Source: Thalia democratica
Lineage: Eukaryota
Length of the DNA: 64,000 nucleotides
Direction: 5' to 3'
NCBI GenBank assembly: GCA_965202585.1
Contig: OZ241834.1
Span: forward strand, 22,506,001-22,570,000
Shown here: piece by piece, positions 1 to 8,626 of the stretch
Numbering within the stretch: the first letter of the stretch is position 1
How the letters are laid out: each line of letters starts with the position of its first letter
Made by a program: the position numbers and the translations under genes
Notes under the pieces: model-generated
The model's input: only the letters and a program-made list of their open reading frames with translations
What the model was told of the DNA's origin: nothing
The model's database searches: none

Positions 1-3000
1 AATTTTATGGGAACTTTAACCACACGACTGTTTTTTTGTATAATCATTGAGCAATCACTTGCTGCTAGAACTGGATAAGGGCCGCTATATAATGGGCTGA
101 GGTGTGTTTTTGTGGGATTTTTTAGCCAAATCTTCTCACACTGAAATAAATCAGGTTCGTAATATATAGATTTGTTGTAGTGTTTCTTATGGTTTCGGGA
201 AATTCCCGACATGGAAAACAAAAAGCGTAGGGTATCAAAAACACCGGGTTCCGTTTTCTCATTTCCTACTTTGTTAAACAGTACGCGGCCGCTAAGGTTC
301 GTGCAGACACCTAACGCGTACTGTGACGGTGTAAACGGAGAGCCTTCCAAAAATGCGTTGTTAATTTCAGCAGTGATTAATGGAAGATGTAAACTCCAGT
401 TCGTTTCATCGGTTAAAGCACGGAGAGCCACATTGATTGTTCGATGCTGCCTCTCGATGAAACCATTTGAAGAAGGGCTATATACTGGTACAAAGTGATG
501 ATCGATACCTAATTGTTCAAAAGCGGTTGCAACAACGGAATTTTTAAATTCTTTTCCGTTGTCTGTGACAACAACCTGTGGAACGCCAAACACTCCGCAC
601 CAGGCTTGTATGAATGCGTTTCTAACGGTTTCAGCTTTCTTGTTTTTAATTGGTGCAGTCACCAAGAAACCGGTACCCCGGTCTTTGGCGGTCAATATAT
701 AGCGGTTCTCTTCTGATGCTGTTCTCAAAGGGCCCACCAGATCCATGTGAACGTATTGGAAACGTTCATTTTTATCCGGAAAGAACCCTATCCTGGGTCG
801 ATTGTACCTGGTTACTTTCGTAGCCTGGCAATCGACGCAGGTTTTGCACCAGTACTCAACGTCTTTGGCTAACGTTGGCCACCAATACTCTTTAGAGGTA
901 GCTAATACGGATTTTTCTTTACCTAGATGTATATATCCGTGAGCTATCTCAAACGCTGTGAGGCGTAGTAGAGTGGGCAGTATGATTTTGGCGTTTCCTT
1001 CTTCTCGAATGATCGCAATGCCCTCAGGGTCTTCATATTCAACCGTTTTCTCTAGTTTTATTGCTTGGTCGATAAGATCCCGTTCTTCTTTTTGTAGTCT
1101 TGCTATTTCTGTTCTATTTAAAGATTTAGCAGTTATCAATTGCTCTTCTTCTTCTGAAACATCATCTTCAGACTCTGAGTCTTCAGACTCCGACGAAGAG
1201 CTACAGATGTAGTCTGGATCGTCATAGTATGATCTAGCGTATAGTACTTTTGGGGGCGGTGGCCGGCTCATATAGTCGGCTCCTTGATTGTCTTTGCCAC
1301 TAATGTGTATGACAGTGGGGTTGTACTCCTTTATGGCAACTATATAACGTTGCTCTGTAGGGGATTGGTTCCCTAAGGGATTATTAACAGCTTTCTCCAC
1401 AGCCTGACTATCCGTCCTGATAATAAGATCCCTACCTATTATCCGACTCTGAAAGTGTCTGATGCTTACGTACAGTGCTCGTAACTCTTTATAAAAAGTT
1501 GAGCGGACGCGTTTGAGGGGCGATAAACTCTTGGAAAAGAATGCTAGAGGTCGCCGCTCTCCGTCATTCCCTTCCTGCTCGAGCACAGCGCCGATATGTG
1601 TATCGCTTGCGTCGCAGTAGATAATCAGTGGTTTGCCATGGTGTTCAAATGCTAGAGTGGCGGCGTTTGCTAACGCGTCGATTGTTTTATGATAAGCCAA
1701 TATTTGTGCGTCATTCAGTTTTAGAGGTCTCCTATTGGTAGATTTCGGGCCCCCTGAAACTTCATTTAGAAGTTTAGTCGTTTCAGCTAACTTTGGGATG
1801 TGGTCAAAATAATAGTTGACCATACCGAGGAACCTTTTAAGTTCCTTTCTATTCCCCGGCATGGGCAACTCTTTGACTGCCCTGACTTTTTCTTCTAAGA
1901 TGTCAATACCATCTACGCCTACCGAATGGCCTAGAAAAGTAACTTTAGATTTGGCAAAAACGCACTTTTTTCTATTCAGATAAAGGCCGTGTTTGCTCAA
2001 GGTCTGGAAAACTTTTTCAACGTGTTCTAGATGTTCGTCTTCAGATGAGCTGAATACCAGAATGTCGTCCAGATATACGAAAATAAATTGTGCACAGGGT
2101 GATAAGATGCATTCCATCATCTGCTGGAATCTCATGGGGGCATTCTTCAAACCAAATGTGGTTCGATTAGGAACGAATACCCCATGATGAGCAACGATGG
2201 CTGCATAATCACGCGAGCTTGGGTGTATGGGCAGGCTATAGTACGCCTCCTTTAAGTCTAGATTGCTAAAGAATTTTGTTCCTCCTGGTACGATCTCAGG
2301 GAGGTCGTCGATCCTAGGCAGAGGATATGACAAAGGTCGAGTGTGAGAATTAAGGAACGAGTAATCCACACAGACCCTCATCGAGCCATCCTTTTTTGGC
2401 ACAATGGTAATTGGAGAGGCACACATGTCAGCTATACCACGTGACATTGCACCTCTTTGTACGAGATCAGCAAAGTTCTCAACTACAGCAGTCCTCTTGG
2501 CGCCGTTGCATTTACGGGCTTTGACTAGTCTTGGTTGAAAGTCATCTACAATTATATCGAGAACATGGTTATGTTTAACCGGTTTAGTGTAATCGGGGCA
2601 CTCAGTTAATTCAGGGTATCTATCTAGCATCTGTGTGCATTGATCTTCTAGACTTTTTGTCTCATTGTGGTTATTTTCATCTTGGATGACGTTAAACGTT
2701 GAAGCCGGCAAGGTATCAGCCGTATACAAATCAACTGAGCGATTTGTAAGATTACTGATCAGTTTGGCCGTAAATGGTGAAATAACTAGTTGGTGCGGGC
2801 ACAACAGGTCTAGACCTATGACACCGAAGTCTATTTTTTCCTGTGTTACTAAGAATGTGTGTTTTATTTCGTCAAAGTCCCCTAGTTTCAAGCAAACTTC
2901 TGTGCTGCCCACAGGATAGATTTGAGAGTTTCCGATTCCCGTAATGGCCCGAGTTTTGGGGCGGAAGTAATGATCTATGCCATTTGTCAATGACTTGGGA

Positions 3001-4487
3001 ATGAGAGAAATCTCGGCTCCCGTGTCAATAATAAAAATGACGCCCGAAGTGCTGTCCACAACATATAACAACTGTTGAGGCAGACTATTTTTGTTAATTT
3101 TCATGGGTTTTTTGATTCTGAAAATCCAGCTGTTCTCAGCTTGGGCTTTAATGTTTAAGGACGAGTTGGGTGGAGGTTTAGGTTCCAGTGGTTCGGGAAG
3201 ACCTGTCTTCTCCCCTGTTCTTTTGGGAGGTTCCTCCACCTCTTCTAGGGATGTTTGGGGACTCGTCGAGCAGATTTGGATCTTATTGTCTTCACAATGG
3301 ACATTTGAATGAAAAATCGATGTTTCTTCTTCAGAAACGTTATTAAAGGAAAACTCATTCGGAGTATCATTTTCCGAATGGTTCTTCGAGCAATTTGGCT
3401 CGGATTTGTCCTCATCATGGACATTTGAATGAAAAGTCAATGTTTTTTTACCAGAAACATTATGAAGGTGAAACTCATTCGGAGTATCATTTTCCGAATG
3501 GTTCTTCGAGCAACTTGGCTCGGCTTTGTCCTCATCATGGACATTTGAATGAAAAATCAATGGTTCTTCCTCAGAAACATTATGAGGGGGAAGCTCATTC
3601 GGAGTATCATTTTCCGAATGGCTCTTCGAGCAATCTGGCTCGGATTTGTCCTTATCATGGACATTTGAATGAAAAATCAATGTTTCTTCCCTAGAAACAT
3701 TATGAAGAGGAAACTCATTCGGAGTATCATTTTCCGAATGGTTCTTCAAGAAATCTGGCTCGGCTTTGTCCTCATCATGGACATTTGAATGAAAAATCAA
3801 TGTTTCTTCCCTAGAAACATTATGAAGAGGAAACTCATTCGGAGTATCATTTTCCGAATGGTTCTTCAAGAAATCTGGCTCGGCTTTGTCCTCATCATGG
3901 ACATTTGAATGAAAAATCAATGTTTCTTCCCTAGAAACATTATGAAGGTGAATCTCATTCGGAGTATCATTTTCCGAATGGCTCTTCGAGCAATTTGGCT
4001 CGGCTTTGTCCTCATCATGGACATTTGAATGTAACGCTTTATTTATCGTAGCGTCATCATGTACGTTATAATTTTTAACCTGACTGGTTTCTTGATAGTT
4101 CTTCGAGCAACCAGGAGTACTCATTTCTTTATGTACAACAGGAATTATGTTTGGCGTCTTATCGACGGTAATCCCAATTTTGCGTTGATGATCGCCACTA
4201 TCTACATCCTGTGAAGGAACGGAATTTTTGCTTTTTGTATAATGTTTGCGTTCCCTCTCTAGGTCTCTATCAACGTGTGTTTCCGGGATATATACATTTG
4301 AATTAGGGGAATTTCCCTCTTGTGAAGTATGTACAGAATCAGATATGTCAGATCGGCCATAACCTATATTACAGGCTTTTGGGGTATCTTCGGCGAATCT
4401 AACACGAGACTTTTTAACCCCACCCCCTGAGCCTCGCGTTACTGCGAGGGTGGGAGGGAGTTTCCCTGTCGTGGGTAATTGTTTACA
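1..4487 (-). CDS. Pol polyprotein frame (long N-terminal extension, aspartic protease, reverse transcriptase, RNase H, integrase); open to the window edge
   Basis: One frame carries IIDTGAEISLIP (~3040-2995), PKKDGSMRVCVDY (~2400), FIFVYLDDILVFS (~2080), LIIYCDASDTHIGAVLEQ (~1620), an acidic linker (~1200-1140), HHCC region ...YWWPT...CKTCVDC (~940-840), RFQYVHMDLVGP (~760) and LYSGPYPV (~85). The frame opens after TAG at 4490-4488. It is absent from the ORF track, consistent with no stop before position 1. I did not translate every codon. Confidence 0.93.
3288..4030 (-). repeat. Tandem array of six 120-bp units encoding 40-aa repeats inside the pol frame
   Basis: Units start at 3301, 3421, 3541, 3661, 3781 and 3901 (acatttgaatgaaaa...). 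Units 3661 and 3781 are identical. Minus-strand translation is e.g. HDEDKAEPDFLKNHSENDTPNEFPLHNVSREETLIFHSNV, with no stops and in frame with the protease. Confidence 0.97.
4418..4466 (-). promoter_or_regulatory. Predicted -1 programmed ribosomal frameshift signal (gag to pol)
   Basis: Heptamer G GGA AAC (4466-4460) is phased in the gag frame inside the gag/pol overlap, and pol is the -1 frame. A 5-nt spacer precedes the stem CCCAC/CCUCGC-AGUAAC-GCGAGG...GUGGG. Confidence 0.85.
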
Positions 4488-6376
4488 CTATTCGGCCTGG
4501 AAGGAGGCTCATTTGAATGAGTGACATCACGATGGTCATTGTAATCGTCATTGGAGTTCCTTCTGTTGTTATAATTACGTTCGTTACCGGAGTCGTTGTT
4601 GTAATTCCGGTCTCTGCCATTGGTGTTACGGCCATAGTTACTATTGTTGCCGTAATTCTGGTTTCGAGCGTTGTAATTTCGTCTGTTATTGTTACCGTTT
4701 CCGTGGTACCGGTTCCGGTTATTGGAGTTTTGGGTGTAGTTCCCATTGTTACCATGATCTTGGTTTCGATTGTCGAAACTCTGATCGTAGTTACCATCAT
4801 CTATGTAATTTTGGTCAGGGAAATTATCTCTCCCGTTGTTCCGACGCTTACTAAACCGTTGGTTTTGGTTTCTTCTTGACCTATCATAATTTACTTGTTG
4901 GTTTCGTGCGTAGTAGTCGTCATCCTGGCGGGACCAGATGGATTGTACACGACGTTTGAATTGTGACAGGTCCTCCAAGAATTACTCTTCAATCCTGCTT
5001 TTTAAAGAGACGGGTGCATGATAGTATAGGAAAAATTTTACACGATCATCTTCTTTAGCATATGCCCATTCAGTAGCCTCGGTTAGGTAAACACTGAAAG
5101 GTGTTTTGCTCGTGTGAACTGGAGGTTTGCTGAGAATGGGTGTCAGTAAATTATCACGTTTCTCGCAAAACTCCTTGAACGTCTGAAAATTACGATCTTC
5201 AGGGCTGGTCAAGCCGTAGTATTGAGATACTTCGTCAGGAACCCATTTTCCGACTATGATATTATATTTAGTTCTATCGTTTGTGACGTTCAACCGTTCA
5301 AACTCTCCTATGAAATAGTTCAGGGTTTGACGAGGGTTAGTAATTTTACTAAACCGATGGAACTTACGTTCGAGATCGTTATCGCTAACATTTATATACG
5401 AATTGTCGTTAAAATTGTTGTAGACCGGTTCACGGTAGTCGCAAAATTTAGACTGTCCCGGGTACCGACTGTCTCTAGTGTTGATGTTGTCGGGGGCAGG
5501 CATCACTTGTATACGCCGCTCATCCCTAACCGGCTCATTTTTAATAATCATTGTTTCATTTTGATGTATGAGTTGGTTGGTGGGAGGTGCTTGTTGCACA
5601 TGACGTTCTTCTTCAGTGTTGGAATTTCTGAAAGTCGGTAGATAATTTGGCCCTCTATTACATCGCGTATTCGCCATTTTGTCAAAATCATAATTATTCA
5701 TTTTTCTGACAGAGGGTCTGTACTCTTGCGAGCATCGGCCCTCCCTCATGTTCAAAGCGTCAAACGCTGGTGAAACGTAATTATTTTGACAACTGTTGTA
5801 TCGTGCGTCAGCCATGTTTGTTCTTTCCCTTTCTTGTGTAACTTTGGCTAACGCTGACCGACAATCGCTCAAAAGAGCTTTGAGTTCTTCGTTTTGTTGT
5901 TTCAAATTGAACTCGTCAGCATCATCCGGTGCTAAATAGTGATCGGCCTGGTTGTGGCCGGGTGCTGGATACATAGATCCACAATCACTTCCCATTGGCA
6001 TGGATGGTAACCCGCCTTCTGGGAAACAGGTTTTGCGCATCTCTCGCTTCTTTTCTGTCATCGTCTTCGTTATATATTCATTTGTGTTTTGAAAGGTTGG
6101 AGTAGTCGGGCGGTTAAGGACGCCACTATAACTCTCCACTGTTGTTTCTCTGTTTTCAACTTTGTTTAATTCTTCTTTAGTAGGTACGGTTTCTACAGTT
6201 GAAGGTTTGGTTGTAGCTGCGTGAGAATCTGCTAACAGCTCGGAGTTACTTTGTTGGTCTCGCCTCTTAAAGCTTGACGCTTTATCGGCCGAGTGTGCAC
6301 GCTTTGTGTGCTTCTTGACCATGTCAGAGATGTGGGTTGTTGACATGGCCTTGGGATTCTTATTTTTGGAACTCAT
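4439..6376 (-). CDS. Gag-like protein (645 codons) interrupted by one in-frame TAA at 4984-4982
   Basis: Track ORFs 4982..6376 and 4439..4978 are the same frame, separated only by TAA-TTC (SRIEE*FLEDL). It lies between the LTR/leader and pol, with a coiled-coil-like segment, a capsid-like helical segment (FIGEFERLNVTNDRTKYNIIVG) and an N/R/D/Y-rich C-terminus. Confidence 0.85.
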
Positions 6377-6423
6377 TCTTCCAGGAAAAAGCTAACCGCA
6401 GAGTTTCCGTGAAGAAATCAATT

Positions 6424-6603
6424 GCAATTAGCCGAGATAGAACTCAGAAATGCAAACAGATAAGAATTCTCCGCAATTAACCAAGTCAACGCTCAGTAAT
6501 GCGAATTGATGCGAATTCTGATGCAATTAACCAAGTTGGAACTCAGTAATGCGATCTGTTGATTTTTCACCGCACTTAACCGAGAGTGAGCTCAGTAGTG
6601 CGA
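6424..6603 (-). repeat. Four ~32-bp degenerate repeats at 49-50-bp period in the element leader (second copy at 7731-7910)
   Basis: Cores GCAmTTArCCrAG-N5/6-CTCAGwArTGCrA (plus strand) start at 6424, 6473, 6523 and 6572, separated by 17-18-nt more variable spacers. Confidence 0.85.
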
Positions 6604-6746
6604 ACTGGAAACGAGGTATAGCTAGTCGAGGCTCGACTTAGTGTAATAATGACCACTTACCGTAGTCAATTAAAAATTAAAAAAATACTTAACAAATGCT
6701 ACTTTCGTAATCTACCGTTAACTTACTATATTCTAACTTAGATAAT

Positions 6747-7319
6747 TGTAAACTTAGTTAGTTAAATTAAACTGTTAGATAGAGAATTGCTAACACAAAG
6801 TTTATTTTACACAAGAAAACTAATATTACGATACAAAAAAGAGACACTCACACTCGTGCAGGACAAAAGCTCAGGAACTAAATTACCACAACAAATCACT
6901 GGGCTAACTATTACAAGACGTCTCGAGCTGGTTTCTAACGCCGGTAATCGTTTCGGGTTGAAACTCAATCTCTCGATCTAACGTTTTAGCGGACTGGCTA
7001 TAAGGAAAACAAGCCTCTTCGCTTAAAGTGTAATCTAACAAAGCCCTCTCTAAGTGATAACAAACGCCTAATACGGCCTTATGCCGAATGTATTCGTTAA
7101 GTGAGTCAAAACTAAAAGCCCTCGCTGACTGCGAAATAAGAATGTCACTTCACTAAGTGTATAATAAAAAAACCTATGCCGAATGCCCTTTCGCTGAATG
7201 TATAATAAAAGTGCCCACGCCCTTCTTGCGACGTCTATTTTTATGCAGTCTGCTTCTCGAAGAAAAAAAGATTTCTCTTCTCTTCACAAAAGCAGTGCGA
7301 AGCAGGCGCAATGCTTACA
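6747..7319 (-). repeat. Inner LTR (~573 bp; 3' boundary tentative, alternative end 6642)
   Basis: Starts TGTAA and ends TTACA (inverted termini), with AATAAA ~55 nt before the end. Matches 8054-8626 with ~11 differences by eye. A second TTACA at 6642 is an alternative end. Confidence 0.75.
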
Positions 7320-7683
7320 CCGCCACCTGCTCCCCTCTAAATTTTAATTTTTTTATTTTTTTAAAAAGAAATCCACCCACCCGAGGACGCCACCCGAGGA
7401 CGCCCACCCGAGTAGCCCACCCGAGGACGCCACTATAACTCTCTGCTGTTGATTCTCTGGTTTCATCTTTGTTTAATTCTTCTTTAGTAGGTACGGTTTC
7501 TACAGTTGAAGGTTTGGTTGTAGCTGCGTGAGGATCTGCTAACAGCTCGGAGTTACTTTGTTGATCTCGCCTCTTAAAGCTTGACGCTTTATCGGCCGAG
7601 TGTGCACGCTTTGTGTGCTTCTTGACCATGTCAGAGATGTGGGTTGTTGACATGGCCTTGGGGTTCTTGTTTTTGGAACTCAT
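7315..7683 (-). pseudogene. Truncated second gag copy (first ~86 codons) running into junction filler and stopping in the inner LTR
   Basis: Nearly the same N-terminus as 4982..6376 (MSSKNKNPKAMSTT...YSGVL), then unrelated GWATRVGVLG... and TAA at 7317-7315. Confidence 0.85.
7330..7338 (-). other. Candidate polypurine tract (AGAGGGGAG) upstream of the inner LTR
   Basis: Minus strand reads ...AAAATTT-AGAGGGGAG-CAGGTGGCGG-TGTAAG (LTR start). It is 10 nt from the LTR, further than usual. Confidence 0.5.
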
Positions 7684-8053
7684 TCTTCCAGGAAAAAGCT
7701 AACCGCGGAGTTTCCGTGAAGAAATCAATTGCAATTAGCCGAGATAGAACTCAGAAATGCAAACAGATAAGAATTCTCCGCAATTAACCAAGTCAACGCT
7801 CAGTAATGCGAATTGATGCGAATTCTGATGCAATTAACCAAGTTGGAACTCAGTAATGCGATCTGTTGATTTTTCACCGCACTTAACCGAGAATGAACTC
7901 AGTAGTGCGAACTGGAAACGAGGTATAGCTAGTCGAGGCTCGACTTAGTGTAATAATGACCACTTACCGTAGTCAATTAAAAATTAAAAAAATACTTAAC
8001 AAATGCTACTTTCGTAATCTACCGTTAACTTACTATATTCTAACTTAGATAAT

Positions 8054-8626
8054 TGTAAACTTAGTTAATTAAATTAAACTGTTAGATAGAGAATTGCTAA
8101 CACAAAGTTTATTTTACACAAGAAAACTAATATTACGATACAAAAAAGAGACACTCACACTCGTGCAGGACAAAAGCTCAGGAACTAAATTACCACAACA
8201 AATCACTGGCTAAACTACTACAAGATGTCTCGAGCTGGTTTCTAACGCCGGTAATCGTTTCGGGTTGAAACTCAATCTCTCGATCTAACGTTTTAGCGGA
8301 CTGGCTATATGAAAAACAAGCCTCTTCGCTTAAAGAGTAATCTAACAAAGCCCTCTCTAAGTGATAACAAACGCCTAATACGGCCTTATGCCGAATGTAT
8401 TCGTTAAGTGAGTCAAAACTAAAAGCCCTCGCTGACTGCGAAATAAGAATGTCACTTCACTAAGTGTATAATAAAAAGCCCTATGCCGAATGCCCTTTCG
8501 CTGAATGTATAATAAAAGTGCCCACGCCCTTCTTGCGACGTCTATTTTTATGCAGTCTGCTTCTCGAAGAAAAAAAGATTTCTCTTCTCTTCACAAAAGC
8601 AGTGCGAAGCAGGCGCAATGCTTACA
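8054..8626 (-). repeat. Outer (5') LTR
   Basis: Direct repeat of 6747-7319 at offset 1307. Homology ends at TG (8626) and unrelated AT-rich flank follows. Confidence 0.8.

Larger units (their letters stand above)
1..8626 (-). mobile_element. Ty3/Gypsy-type LTR retrotransposon (3' end outside window) with an extra tandem, internally deleted 5' unit
   Basis: The minus strand reads LTR (TGTAAGCA... from 8626), leader, truncated gag, junction, second LTR (from 7319), leader, gag, pol. Domain order PR-RT-RH-IN is diagnostic of Ty3/Gypsy. Homology between the two units stops exactly at the TG dinucleotide at 8626/7319. Confidence 0.95.

Noticed and set aside
211-3312. Plus-strand ORFs 211..498, 513..716, 958..1212, 1993..2187, 2665..2919, 3091..3312
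   Set aside because: Antisense shadows of the pol frame, which holds all recognisable motifs.
3395-3694. Plus-strand His/Cys-containing repetitive ORF (CPHHGH...)
   Set aside because: Antisense of the 120-bp array. This frame is broken by TAG in later units, while the minus frame stays open and joins the protease.
4483-4879. Hydrophobic ORFs 4517..4879 (+) and 4483..4800 (-) resembling membrane proteins
   Set aside because: Artefacts of the AAC/AAT-rich gag tail read in other frames.
5222-5641. 139-aa plus-strand ORF
   Set aside because: Antisense to the gag capsid-like region with no independent support.
6424-6603. CRISPR interpretation of the repeat-spacer pattern
   Set aside because: Eukaryotic retroelement leader; the repeats are degenerate, the 17-18-nt spacers resemble each other, and there are no cas genes.
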